Part shown: one piece after another, positions 53,803-63,352 of the stretch | How positions within the stretch are numbered: the first letter of the stretch is position 1 | How the letters are laid out: each line of letters opens with the position of its first letter | Assembly (NCBI GenBank): GCA_965250285.1 | Contig: OZ252299.1 | Location: 1,120,001-1,184,000 of the forward strand | DNA: 64,000 nucleotides | Direction: 5' to 3' | DNA from: Myxococcota bacterium | GTDB lineage: Bacteria > Myxococcota_A > UBA9160 > UBA4427 | Program-made: the position numbers and the translations under genes | Notes under the pieces: model-generated | What the model saw: the letters and a program-made list of their open reading frames with translations, nothing else | Told to the model about the DNA's origin: nothing | Database searches by the model: none

Positions 53803-54777
53803 ATGCGTTCCGGCGGACTACGAGGGGCGGTCAAGCTGCGACTCTGGGGCATCACATTCTTCTTCAACCCGTCCCGCTCGGTTTTGCGGAGCGAGAACTA
53901 TCGAGTGTTCCGCGAGGCGTCGCGCCGCCAGGGGCTCCCGCTGCTCGCGATCGAGCTCGCGTTCGGAGACGACGCGTTCGAGCTGAAGCCCGGCGTCGAC
54001 GCCGAGATCCTGGTTCAGAAGCGCGCCCGCAGCGTCCTGTGGCAGAAGGAGCGAATCGTCAATCTCGCAGTCGAATCGCTGCCGCCCGAGGCCGAGTTCG
54101 TCTGCTGGATCGATGCGGACCTCGTCTTCGACGATGACGATTGGATTGCCGAGACCGAGGCGCTGCTCGCGAGCAACGTGGCGGTCCAGCCGTTCTCTCA
54201 GATCATCTTTCTGCCCGAGGGCGGCCGTGTCGAGGACTTTCCGAGTCGCGAGATCGGGCGGTCGATTTCGAGAGGATCTCACGAGGGACACTTCGACGAT
54301 TCGGTCGCGTATCGACTCAAGGGCTGGCGCCGCAAGTTCGCCGGCGTGACCGGCGGCGCCTGGGCGACGCGACGCGGCTTCCTCGAGGACGTGGGCCTCT
54401 ACGATCGGTGCGTCGTCGGCGGCGGAGACCGCGAGTTCTCGCTGGCCATCGGCTACCGACCGGGGCGAGCCCCGCTGCAGCGGGTCAAGATTCACCACCC
54501 GCCCGTGCGCGCGCACATCCTCGACTGGCAGCGACGGGTCCACGAGTGCGTCGGCCGTCGCTTCACGTGCCGAAAGGGCGTCATCCACCATCTCTGGCAC
54601 GGCAATCGAGAGCGTCGGCAGTACGACGATCGCCACAAGATCCTGGCCGAGCACGACTTCGACCCCGAGACCGACCTCGTGCTCGACGAAGAAGGCTGCT
54701 GGACCTGGGCGCCGGGTCGGGAAGCACTGGCCAGCGCGGTCGAGCGATACTTCGATTCACGCGACGACGACGGCTGA
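53803..54777 (+). CDS. Hypothetical GT-A-fold glycosyltransferase-like protein
   Basis: WQKERIVN, CWIDAD (DxD), VGGGD, IHHLWHG; start uncertain. Confidence 0.65.
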   Translation: MRSGGLRGAVKLRLWGITFFFNPSRSVLRSENYRVFREASRRQGLPLLAIELAFGDDAFELKPGVDAEILVQKRARSVLWQKERIVNLAVESLPPEAEFVCWIDADLVFDDDDWIAETEALLASNVAVQPFSQIIFLPEGGRVEDFPSREIGRSISRGSHEGHFDDSVAYRLKGWRRKFAGVTGGAWATRRGFLEDVGLYDRCVVGGGDREFSLAIGYRPGRAPLQRVKIHHPPVRAHILDWQRRVHECVGRRFTCRKGVIHHLWHGNRERRQYDDRHKILAEHDFDPETDLVLDEEGCWTWAPGREALASAVERYFDSRDDDG

Positions 54778-54997
54778 CCGCTCCACTCCGCCTCGAGCCC
54801 AGACGAGACCACGTTTCGTCTCGAACCCGCGCGTGCGTACCCGGAGACGCTCTGGTGCGAGCGCGCGAGCTGCGCGCGTCGCCTCGAATCGCTCGGCCCG
54901 GGCCGCCGTACGGTGACGCCGCGCGGTCAGCTGATTGCCCCGCGTCGCCGGCCCCGACCCACCGGGTGGCTTCGATGCCCGCCGGCGACGAGTCTCT

Positions 54998-55193
54998 GTG
55001 CGCTCCGTCACGTGATGCGACGGGCGTTCGGACGATCCCCCCGTGCGGGCGCGCACCGTGGCAGTCGACCTGTCTGCATGCGAGCTGCGTTCTCGAAGCG
55101 CGAGACCGGTCGAGCGTCCGTTCGGGTGGGAGCTTCACGTCCACGTCACACACGCGTGCCGCCCGTGGCACGCGATCGTCTATGCTGAACCGA
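54998..55193. repeat. ~195-bp direct repeat, copy 2 (ends in -10-like TATGCT upstream of the S41 peptidase)
   Basis: aligns with 53292-53485. Confidence 0.93.
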
Positions 55194-55234
55194 TTCGCCG
55201 CCGGCTCGGCGGCGCCGTCGAGGATCGAGGCCCG

Positions 55235-56581
55235 ATGCCGACCCGTCGTCCCCCGTCGCACCGCTTCGCCCGCCGCGCGCTCGCGGTCTGCGTGCTGGTG
55301 CTCTCTGCGGGCTGGGCCGGATGCCGCAACGACACGTGCTCGACCGAGATGCACAACGCGTCGCTGTTCCAGCTGATGGAGTACTACTACTTCTTCAACG
55401 GCGAGCCCGACCAGGTCGCGAAGTATCAGGGCGTCGACCCAGCGTCGTTCGCTGGCCCCGAGGCGGTGCTCGACTACCTGCGATACCAGCCCGACCTCTA
55501 CGATCGGGGCTTCACCTACATCACCACGCCTCAGGTCGAAGAGCAGTTTCGCAATGCCGGCCTGCTGGTCGCGTTCGGCATCGGTCTGCTCTCGCCGGCC
55601 GAGGGCGAGCTGTTCGTGTCGTACGTCGAGCCGCTGTCGCCCGCGTGGCGCGCGGGACTCGCGCGCGGGGATCAGCTGATCGAGATCGACGGGGTGACGG
55701 TGGCCGCGCTCGAGGCTTCGGGCGCCACGCGGTCGGCGCTCGGTCCCTCGGTCGAGGGCTATCAGGTGACGTTCCTGGTCGAGAAGGGCGACAGCAGCGG
55801 TCAGCAGGAGATCACGCTCGCGAAGGAGACGATCGTGAGCGACGTCGTGCCCGACGTGTGGGACGTCTTCGACGTCGACGGTGAGGACGTCGGCTATCTG
55901 CTCTTTCACTCGTTCATTCCGCCCGCGATCAGCGAGCTACGCGCTGCCTTCCAGAGCTTCGCCGATGCGGGCGTGACCAAGGTCGTGATCGACCTGCGAT
56001 ACAACGGCGGTGGCCATCTTGCGATCGCCGAGTCGATCATCAACGTCCTGGGCGGCGACGGCAACGTCGGCGAGGTGCAGTACACGGCGCGCTTCAGCTC
56101 GAGTGAGCCGGCCCAGAGTGAGGACGTCGAGTTCGCCGCCGACGAAGACGCCTTTCCGGTCGACACCATCGTCTTCATCACGACGGCTCGCAGTGCTTCG
56201 GCCAGTGAGTTGCTGATCAACGCCCTCGAACCGCATCGCACGGTGCTCGTGGTCGGCGACACGTCGGGCGGCAAGCCCGTCGGGCAGGGCGCGATCGACT
56301 ACTGTTTCGGCGAGTACCGACTGCGTGTCGTCGCATTCGACCTCGTGAACAGCGAGGGCGAGGGCGAGTACTACGCCGGGATCGACGCCGATTGCCCGGC
56401 CATCGACGATCTGGGGAACGCGCTCGGCGATCCCGCCGAGGCGTCGATGGCCACGGCGCTCACCGCCGCCGCGACCGGCGCGTGTCCGCCAGCCACGGCG
56501 CGCGCAGCCACCGCGCCGCGCGCACCGACCGTGCCGGCCTGGCTCGGCCCGACGCCGGTGCCCTGGCTCGACGTCTACTGA
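55235..56581 (+). CDS. S41 family (tail-specific) peptidase lipoprotein with PDZ domain
   Basis: lipobox WAGC, SPA..AGL.RGD PDZ, IDLRYNGGG, SASASE, GKPVG. Confidence 0.9.
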   Translation: MPTRRPPSHRFARRALAVCVLVLSAGWAGCRNDTCSTEMHNASLFQLMEYYYFFNGEPDQVAKYQGVDPASFAGPEAVLDYLRYQPDLYDRGFTYITTPQVEEQFRNAGLLVAFGIGLLSPAEGELFVSYVEPLSPAWRAGLARGDQLIEIDGVTVAALEASGATRSALGPSVEGYQVTFLVEKGDSSGQQEITLAKETIVSDVVPDVWDVFDVDGEDVGYLLFHSFIPPAISELRAAFQSFADAGVTKVVIDLRYNGGGHLAIAESIINVLGGDGNVGEVQYTARFSSSEPAQSEDVEFAADEDAFPVDTIVFITTARSASASELLINALEPHRTVLVVGDTSGGKPVGQGAIDYCFGEYRLRVVAFDLVNSEGEGEYYAGIDADCPAIDDLGNALGDPAEASMATALTAAATGACPPATARAATAPRAPTVPAWLGPTPVPWLDVY

Positions 56582-58071
56582 GCCGCCGATCCGGCCGCCT
56601 CGTCTGGCGCGAGCCCGGTGCCCATCAGGTGCACGTAGAACTGCACCATCGGTCCGAGTGAAGCGACGGCGATGCGCTCATCGAGTCCGTGGAATCGCGA
56701 GATGTCGTCGCGATCGACGATGACCGCCGCAAAGCGGTACGTGTCCTCGGTGACGTCCTGGTACTGGCGCGAGTCGGTGCCACCCATCAGCAAGCCGGGG
56801 ACGACGATCGCGTCGGGAAAGATCGTTCGTGCGCTGCGTTCGATGCTCTGCCACGACGCGTTGTCGGTCGACGACACCGACGACGGGTCGCGGCCGATCT
56901 CGCCCGCGCGCACCTCGATGCGATCGTCTTCGACGAGCGCGCGCACGCGCTCGGTGACCGATTCGGCGGTCTCGCCCGGGATCACCCGAAAGTTGACCTT
57001 TGCCGTCGCGGTCTGCGCGAGCACGTTCTCTTTCGGGCTGGCCTCGAGCATCGTCGGGGCGGTCGTCGTGCGCAGCATCGACGCCATGATCGGATCCCGC
57101 CCCGCGGCCGCCCGCGCGATGATCGGATCGAAGAGCCAGCGATTCGCGGTCACGAGCCGCACCGCGAACGGCGACCGGGCGCCGATGCGCTCGATCATCG
57201 TGCCCATCGTGTCGTTGACCGAGGCGGGGAAGGGCGACGCCTGGAGCGCCACGATCGCCTCGGCGAGCGCGCCGACGGCCGTCTCGTCCGGTGGGGTCGA
57301 GCTGTGGCCCCCGTCCGCCGACGCGCTGATATCGAGGGTCAGGTAGCCCTTCTCGGCGACCGCGATCATTGCGATCGGCGCGTCGAGGCCCGGAAGCGTG
57401 CCGACCGAGACCATGCCGCCCTCATCGAGGACGAAGGCGAGGCGCTCGCCGCGCGACTCGAGCAGGCGCGCGATCTCGTGCGCTCCGGCGCCGCCGCCCA
57501 CCTCTTCGTCGTGGCCGAACGCGAGGTAGATCGTGCGCGCGGGCTTCATGTCGCGGGCCAGCATCCACTCGACCGACTCGATCAGCGCGATCATGATGCC
57601 CTTCATGTCGAGGGCGCCCCGGCCCCAGACGTAGCCGTCGTCGACCACGCCACCGAAGGGCGGGTGGGTCCAGGCATCGAGCGTCGAGTCGTCGACGGGC
57701 ACGACGTCCATGTGCGCGAGAAAGGCGACGGGCAGCAGCGACGGGTCGGTGCCCTCCCATTTGAAGAGCAGGCTCTCGCCATTCACCACATCGCGCTCGA
57801 GCGCGGCGTGGGTGAGGGGGTAGGTGGCTGCGAGCCAGTCGTGGAGGGCATGAAAGGCCTCGGCGCTGGCGTGCGGCTCGCCGCGGGCCGAGATCGTCTC
57901 GAACCGAAGGGCTTCGCCCAGATGCCGGGCGACGCGGTCGGCATCGATCTCTGCGAGATCGGCAGGTTCGACGGCGTCTTGCACCGGCGCCTCGGCGCGC
58001 AGCGCGTTCACCACCAGGATCACGAGCAGAGCGGCGAACGCGCCGCCGACGATGAGCAGGGCTCTCTTCAC
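56575..58071 (-). CDS. M20 family metallopeptidase (PM20D1/carboxypeptidase S-like)
   Basis: AHMDVVP, GRGALDMKG, GHDEEVGG, DEGG, GGTDS, HGLDERI. Confidence 0.92.
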   Translation of the reverse strand: MKRALLIVGGAFAALLVILVVNALRAEAPVQDAVEPADLAEIDADRVARHLGEALRFETISARGEPHASAEAFHALHDWLAATYPLTHAALERDVVNGESLLFKWEGTDPSLLPVAFLAHMDVVPVDDSTLDAWTHPPFGGVVDDGYVWGRGALDMKGIMIALIESVEWMLARDMKPARTIYLAFGHDEEVGGGAGAHEIARLLESRGERLAFVLDEGGMVSVGTLPGLDAPIAMIAVAEKGYLTLDISASADGGHSSTPPDETAVGALAEAIVALQASPFPASVNDTMGTMIERIGARSPFAVRLVTANRWLFDPIIARAAAGRDPIMASMLRTTTAPTMLEASPKENVLAQTATAKVNFRVIPGETAESVTERVRALVEDDRIEVRAGEIGRDPSSVSSTDNASWQSIERSARTIFPDAIVVPGLLMGGTDSRQYQDVTEDTYRFAAVIVDRDDISRFHGLDERIAVASLGPMVQFYVHLMGTGLAPDEAAGSAAQ

Positions 58072-58174
58072 GCTTGATCTCTCCGTGGCGTGCACCAAAG
58101 CGGGCCGGGACTGTGCGGAGACTAGCCCGGTCGCCCCGGCCGCGGCCGCGCGCGCGTTCCGCTGCCCTTGCTGG

Positions 58175-58406
58175 CAAGCGCTCAGCACGCCCTCGAGCGA
58201 GCACGCCCTCGAGACAGACGACGGCGTCGACGCGAGTCGGCATGATCCACGCACGCTTGCGTTCAAGCGCCGAGCATACGCTCGAGACAGACGACGGCGT
58301 CGACGCGATTCGGCATGATCCACGCGCGCTTGCGTTCAAGCGCCGAGCACGCCCTCGAGATAGACCACCGGGTCTTCGCGGATCGGCATGAAGTACACGC
58401 CCTGCT
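58175..58406. repeat. 73-bp-period diverged triple repeat of the metF 3' end
   Basis: gttcaagcgccgagca at 58261 and 58334; third copy 58175-58260 with an internal duplication. Confidence 0.9.
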
Positions 58407-59085
58407 CGCGCCTGCGGGCCCACGCGAGCGCATCGCGACCGAACCGCTGGGCCGCGTCGAGCGTGGGCTCGAACGTGCACGGAAAGACGACGCCGTTCTT
58501 CGTCTCCCAGTAGCGTCGCGACGCCGCACGCGTGACCGGCGAGATGCCCCAGTACATGTCGGTCGAAGGGCCCAGGGCGTCGGCCCAGATCTCCATCCAG
58601 CGCAGATCGAAGAAGGGCTGCGTGAAGAAGCCATCCGCCCCGGCATCGAGCTTGGCGCGCGCCGTCTCGAGCTCGCCGCGAATCGACTGCCTGTAGGGAT
58701 CGAGCGCGGCGTGAATCGTCAGATGGGGCGCGGCGGCCTTGAGCGCCGCGATCAGCTGGGCGCTCGTCGTCGGGTGGACGAGCCGCCCGGGCGTCTGGGG
58801 CGGGTCGCCCCGCACGACGATCACGCGCCGCAGGTCGAGGGCGTCGAGGCGCGCCACCCAGCGATCGATCTCGGCCAGGTCGACATCGAGGGCGCGCAGG
58901 TGCGGGATCGCGTGGGCGAAGCGCGGGCGGGCCAGGGCGCACGCATCCCAGCTGCGCAGGTCGAAGCGCTCGAGATCGGGGATGTTTACCGTGCAGAGCG
59001 CCGGGAACCGTGCGCCGACCGCCTCGAGCTCGGCGCGCAGGCGCTCGGGGCTCCGGGGCACGAGCTCGACCGAGATGCGATCCAT
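58336..59085 (-). CDS. metF: Methylenetetrahydrofolate reductase (short MetF-like)
   Basis: ISVELVP, IPHLRA, VRGDPP, KLDAGADGFFTQPFFD. Confidence 0.85.
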   Translation of the reverse strand: MDRISVELVPRSPERLRAELEAVGARFPALCTVNIPDLERFDLRSWDACALARPRFAHAIPHLRALDVDLAEIDRWVARLDALDLRRVIVVRGDPPQTPGRLVHPTTSAQLIAALKAAAPHLTIHAALDPYRQSIRGELETARAKLDAGADGFFTQPFFDLRWMEIWADALGPSTDMYWGISPVTRAASRRYWETKNGVVFPCTFEPTLDAAQRFGRDALAWARRREQGVYFMPIREDPVVYLEGVLGA

Positions 59086-59125
59086 GCGAAGCCTCCTCCG
59101 GAGGGAGGCAGACTAGCATGGTTGG

Positions 59126-59141
59126 ATCAGCATATCCGGAT
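59126..59141. promoter_or_regulatory. ATC-N10-GAT imperfect palindrome overlapping a minus-strand -10 (TATGCT) upstream of metF
   Basis: ATCAGCATATCCGGAT in an AT-rich patch. Confidence 0.5.
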
Positions 59142-59169
59142 GTAGTAATTCAGTCTGAGGCCGGCGGGC

Positions 59170-59988
59170 TCACGCCCCGGCGTCGCTCCCTGCGGCAATC
59201 GGCTCGGGCCGGTCGACGTCGTCGGGCTTGACGTCGAGGTGGCGCCCACCCGGCTCGAAGATGCGCGCGCGGGCGAAGCCGCGTCGATGCGCGAAGAGCT
59301 GCAGCGACGTGCCGATCACGCCCAGGCCGTAGGTCACCGAACGGCGGAAGTTGATCGAAGACGCGTCGTCGAAGTAGGCGGCCGGGCAGGTGACCTCGCC
59401 GATCTCGAACTCGGCGTGGATGATCTGGGCGAGCATCTGATTGTCGAACACGAAGTCGTCCGAGTTCTCGAGCAACGGCAGGCGTTCGAGCACCTCGCGC
59501 GTGAACGCGCGGTAGCCCGTGTGGTACTCGGAGAGCTTCGCGCCGCAGAGCAGGTTCTGCGTCGCCGTCAGCAGCCGATTCGCGAAGTACTTGTAGGCCG
59601 GCATGCCGCCGGCCCGCGCCTTGCCGCCGAGGATCCGCGACCCGAGCACCACGTCAAAGGGCCCGTCGGTCAGCATGCTGATCATCGCGGGGATCAGCTT
59701 CGGCGTGTACTGATAATCGGGGTGGAGCATGACGGCGACGTCCGCCCCGAGTCGCAGCGCCTCGGCGTAGCAGGTCTTCTGGTTGGCGCCGTAGCCGCGG
59801 TTCTGCGGATGCACGAGGGTGCGGAGCCCGAGTCGCCGGGCCACCTCCACCGTCTCGTCGGACGACGCGTCGTCGGTCACCACGACCTCGTCGACCAGAT
59901 CCATCGGGATCTCGTCGACGGTCTGCTCGATCGTGCGCGCCGCGTTGTAGGCGGGCATGACGACGACGATCTTCTTGCCGTGGAACAT
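59170..59988 (-). CDS. Glycosyltransferase family 2 (DPM synthase-like)
   Basis: [33 protein letters not shown]. Confidence 0.92.
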   Translation of the reverse strand: MFHGKKIVVVMPAYNAARTIEQTVDEIPMDLVDEVVVTDDASSDETVEVARRLGLRTLVHPQNRGYGANQKTCYAEALRLGADVAVMLHPDYQYTPKLIPAMISMLTDGPFDVVLGSRILGGKARAGGMPAYKYFANRLLTATQNLLCGAKLSEYHTGYRAFTREVLERLPLLENSDDFVFDNQMLAQIIHAEFEIGEVTCPAAYFDDASSINFRRSVTYGLGVIGTSLQLFAHRRGFARARIFEPGGRHLDVKPDDVDRPEPIAAGSDAGA

Positions 59989-60193
59989 GGGGCTTCCGTC
60001 TCTTTCGTACGCCGGTCTCGCACGGCTGTCTCGCACGCCTGCGCCGCATGCCTCCGCCCGGCACACGCTCGCTCGCCGTGATCTGGGCGCCGATGCTTCG
60101 GTCGGCCGAACGATCGTCCGATGCGATGGGGCGCCGTCTCGAGCCGGTTTCGCTCGGCCCGCCGGGCCGAAGGAGTATAGACTCGGGGCCCTT

Positions 60194-60275
60194 GCCCGGG
60201 TGGCGAAATGGTAAACGCGGCCGACTTAAAATCGGCTGTCCACAGGACATGCAGGTTCGAATCCTGCCCCGGGCA
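60194..60275 (+). tRNA. tRNA-Leu(TAA), CCA not encoded
   Basis: GCCCGGG/CCCGGGC acceptor, gccga-ctTAAaa-tcggc anticodon arm, long variable arm, GGTTCGAATCC. Confidence 0.96.
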
Positions 60276-60325
60276 CCCTCAACCTTCCAGTCTCGACGGA
60301 ACGGCGGTTCTGCCGTGACCGGCCG

Positions 60326-60793
60326 CTAGCCGGTTGCCTCCGCGAGCAGCTCGTCGATGACCGCCGCGAAGTTCGGGTTGAGCTGGGAGCGGTTTCGTTC
60401 GAGGGCCTTTCTGCCGCCGTGCGAACCCACGATGAGTCGCATCGAGGCCTTGAAGCCGGCCCAATACTCGTCGTCGACGAGGCCCCATTCGACCTGCAGC
60501 CAGGCGCTCTCGATGCCGCGCAGGAAGCGCATGACCAGCAACTGAAAGCGGATGCGCTCGTTGCGGTCGAGTGAATCGTAGTCGCTCAATGCGCGGACGT
60601 AGAGGTCGAGCATGACTTCGTCTTCGATGACACGATCGATCCACGACTCGGTCGACTCGCTGATGCGCGTGATGGCCGAGAGCTGATGGCTGCGATTGCT
60701 CTGTCGGATCTGTAGGGCGAGATAGGCGAGCGTCGCGATCGTCGCGATGGCGGCGAGCAGCTCACCGAGGTTGCCGAGCTCTTGCAGGGTCAC
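60326..60793 (-). CDS. Hypothetical membrane-anchored protein
   Basis: MTLQELGNLGELLAAIATIATLAYLALQIRQ N-terminal TM; function unknown. Confidence 0.75.
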   Translation of the reverse strand: MTLQELGNLGELLAAIATIATLAYLALQIRQSNRSHQLSAITRISESTESWIDRVIEDEVMLDLYVRALSDYDSLDRNERIRFQLLVMRFLRGIESAWLQVEWGLVDDEYWAGFKASMRLIVGSHGGRKALERNRSQLNPNFAAVIDELLAEATG

Positions 60794-60829
60794 GGCGCGG
60801 TGCGCGCTTCTCTGCGGTGCATCCGTGGC

Positions 60830-61141
60830 TCAGCTCACCACGCCGTGCGCGTCGATGATGCGCTCGCGTACGCCGTCGGTCTCGAGCAGGTCCTCGAGTG
60901 AATCACGGTCGAGGAGCGTGGTGCGGTAGTAGTGAAACTCGGGTTCTTCGATCTCGAGGCGGAAGATCTCGCGCGGCGTCTCGAACACCTGGCGCAGGCG
61001 CAGGTGCTGGCCCGGGCCGCCGGCGAGGATCTGCGCACGCAACGAGTCGACGATGCGGCCTTCGCGGCCGAACGGGTCGAACTCGGCGGGCTCGGATGTG
61101 CGCCGCTTGTTCGTGAGCTTGTAGTTGCCGGGCGGTCTCAT
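60830..61141 (-). CDS. Small hypothetical protein
   Basis: 103 aa, host-like codon usage. Confidence 0.6.
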   Translation of the reverse strand: MRPPGNYKLTNKRRTSEPAEFDPFGREGRIVDSLRAQILAGGPGQHLRLRQVFETPREIFRLEIEEPEFHYYRTTLLDRDSLEDLLETDGVRERIIDAHGVVS

Positions 61142-61176
61142 GGGCACATGAGGATACTCGCTCCGGCTCCCGTCGA

Positions 61177-61605
61177 TCAAGCGAAGCGGAAGGACGAAAC
61201 TCCGAAGCGAGATGCTCTGCGCCGCACGAGCGTCCGTCGACGTTGGCGCGATTGCTGCAAAGCGCGAAGCAGCTCGCCGAGTGCGAACAGGTCGGGGCTC
61301 GTCGGCGCGAAGTCGACGCGCAGGCGACCGCCGAGCGACTGGTCGACCTTGCCGCACAAGAGCGCGGGCGCCGAAGTCGTGATCGACCAGCTCACCGTTC
61401 CGTGCAGCTTGAGCGTGCGCTGGTGCGGCAGCGTGAGCACGAGCTCGAGGCCATCGCCGGGCGCCGGTACGACGTCGGCTTCGAGATGGGCTTCGAGGGA
61501 GCTCAGGTGCGTGCAGGTCGCCGACAGGAACTCGCCGTGACCCGTCCGCGCGAGTGCGGCGGGGAGATGAACGCGCAGGCGTTCGGTCTGGAGCCGGAGA
61601 CCCAT
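61177..61605 (-). CDS. PilZ-like domain protein (degenerate motifs)
   Basis: RLQTERLRV..., HLSSLEAHL, L.L.LP...L.L.GTVSW pattern. Confidence 0.55.
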   Translation of the reverse strand: MGLRLQTERLRVHLPAALARTGHGEFLSATCTHLSSLEAHLEADVVPAPGDGLELVLTLPHQRTLKLHGTVSWSITTSAPALLCGKVDQSLGGRLRVDFAPTSPDLFALGELLRALQQSRQRRRTLVRRRASRFGVSSFRFA

Positions 61606-61880
61606 CGGTGGTCCTCCTGCCGGGCGCCCACACGCTCGGCCGGCGAGATCACCGGGCGAGGGCAGGGCCTCGCTCCCCGTTTCGGTTTCAGCGATGTGCA
61701 ACTTGAGTGCAGCTTCGCCTGGCCGATGCGCACGCGACCGGCGGTGCGGGGACCCCGCCCCGCGCCAGCCCGTGTGCGGATCAAGCCCCGGTGCCGGCGA
61801 GACGATGAGCGGCGAAGCCTCGAACGGCGACGCGTCATCGCGATTCGCACCGCAGAGGCCGCGAACGGCAGGAGAACGAC

Positions 61881-63158
61881 GTGGGCGACGAGTGGGATCC
61901 CCAGAGCTTCGACGAGGCCGCCGCCGGCGCGCTCGAGTCGCTCGACCTCGCGCCCGGCACGCTCCAGCGTCCGCTTCGAACCAGTCAGCGCAGCGTTCTG
62001 CTCGAGCGCCGATTCGGTGACGGGCCCAGCCCGATTCCGTGGGATCGAGACCTCGTGCTCACGGCCGACGTGCGCGCGTTCGCGCTCGCTGACTTGCTCA
62101 AGCTGATCCACTCGAGCCGCAAATCGGGCTACCTGCTCTTCAATCACGAAGACCACGAGAAGAGCGTGTTCATCCATCGCGGTGAGGTGGTCTTCGCGAC
62201 CTCGAATCAGCGGGTCGATCGCCTGGGTGAGTGTCTGCTGCGCGAAGAGCGCATCTCGACCGAGCAGCACGCCGAGGCCGAGCGCCGCTTCACGCGCGAG
62301 GGTCGGTTCGGCAAGGTCCTCGTCGAGCTCGGCGTGTTGACACCCCGCGATCTGTGGGATGCCGTGAAGCTCCAGGTCGAAGAGATCGTGCGCTCGCTGT
62401 TCGCGTACGCGGCGGGCGAGGTGCACTTCTGGGAGGGCGAGATCGAGCCCGACAATGTCGTGCGCCTCTCTCTCCCGACGAAGCGCTTGATTTCGGAAGG
62501 GCTCCGTCGCCGCGACGAGCTGATGCGCTTTCTCACGACCCTCGAAGCGCCGACGACGAAGCTCGAGGTGCTCGACGCGATGCAGGGCACGATGTCGGCG
62601 AGCGAGCGGTCGTTCATCGACGGTCTGGCGTCGGGCGACGAGTTCAGCTCGATCTGCCGACGCATCGGTCTCGATCCGCTCTCCGCGGCGCGCACCGTCA
62701 AGCTGTTGATCCTGGCCGGGGCGGTCCGCCTCGACAAGGGCGAAGCCAGCGAGACCGACGACCTCGGCGCGACGAGTGAGAGCGTCGATTCGGAAGCGCG
62801 CATCTGCCAGGCCGTGAACGATCACCTGCGCCTGCTCTCCGAGCTGCTCGCCCCGCTCATCGCCATGGAGGGCCCGAGCGACGTGGCCGACCGGCTCGCC
62901 GCGGCGATCGCCGAGGTCGCCATGCGCCACCCGGGTCTGCTCGGCGACGTGCCGCTCACGCCCGAGGGCCTGCCCGAGCCCGACGGGCTGCTCATGCGGG
63001 CCCTTCGTGTGGCGGGCGACCGCGAGCGGATCGTTTCTTCGGCGCTCACCGAGGTCGCCGCGTATCTCGAGTTCGAGCTGCGCAACCATCCTCAGATCGA
63101 CGACGCGACGCCGTATCTCGAGGCCGTCGAGCCCCTGCGCGCGCGCCTCGAGATCTGA
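61881..63158 (+). CDS. DUF4388 (PATAN-like) domain protein
   Basis: LADLLKLIHSSRKSGYL, GEVVFATSN...RLGECLL, FGKVLVELG. Confidence 0.85.
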   Translation: MGDEWDPQSFDEAAAGALESLDLAPGTLQRPLRTSQRSVLLERRFGDGPSPIPWDRDLVLTADVRAFALADLLKLIHSSRKSGYLLFNHEDHEKSVFIHRGEVVFATSNQRVDRLGECLLREERISTEQHAEAERRFTREGRFGKVLVELGVLTPRDLWDAVKLQVEEIVRSLFAYAAGEVHFWEGEIEPDNVVRLSLPTKRLISEGLRRRDELMRFLTTLEAPTTKLEVLDAMQGTMSASERSFIDGLASGDEFSSICRRIGLDPLSAARTVKLLILAGAVRLDKGEASETDDLGATSESVDSEARICQAVNDHLRLLSELLAPLIAMEGPSDVADRLAAAIAEVAMRHPGLLGDVPLTPEGLPEPDGLLMRALRVAGDRERIVSSALTEVAAYLEFELRNHPQIDDATPYLEAVEPLRARLEI

Positions 63159-63352
63159 TCCGCCCCTGATTCCAGCGCTCCGCCGAGCCCTCGAGGCCCC
63201 TGCCCCCGTTCGTGCTCGAGGCGGGGCCAGGCCCCGTCTCTGCACCCATCGGCGAGGCCGAAGGCAGGCCGAGGCGTGCTGCTAGGCTCGGCCGCCGAGC
63301 GAGGGCTGGCCTCGCACCGCAGGCGAAGCGAGCCATCGACGGAGGAGCACGC

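Noticed and set aside
53292..55193. Integron attC sites or IS/MITE ends
   Set aside because: No RYYYAAC/GTTRRRY pair, no overall palindromy, no terminal inverted repeats or integrase; the HHVTER string on the minus strand is too short to call a transposase remnant
53292..58406. DGR template/variable repeat pairs (195-bp and 73-bp repeats)
   Set aside because: Mismatches are not adenine-specific and there is no reverse transcriptase in the window
53169..60275. Prophage or integrative element between the two tRNAs
   Set aside because: No integrase, phage genes or duplicated tRNA 3' end; the content includes ordinary metabolic genes
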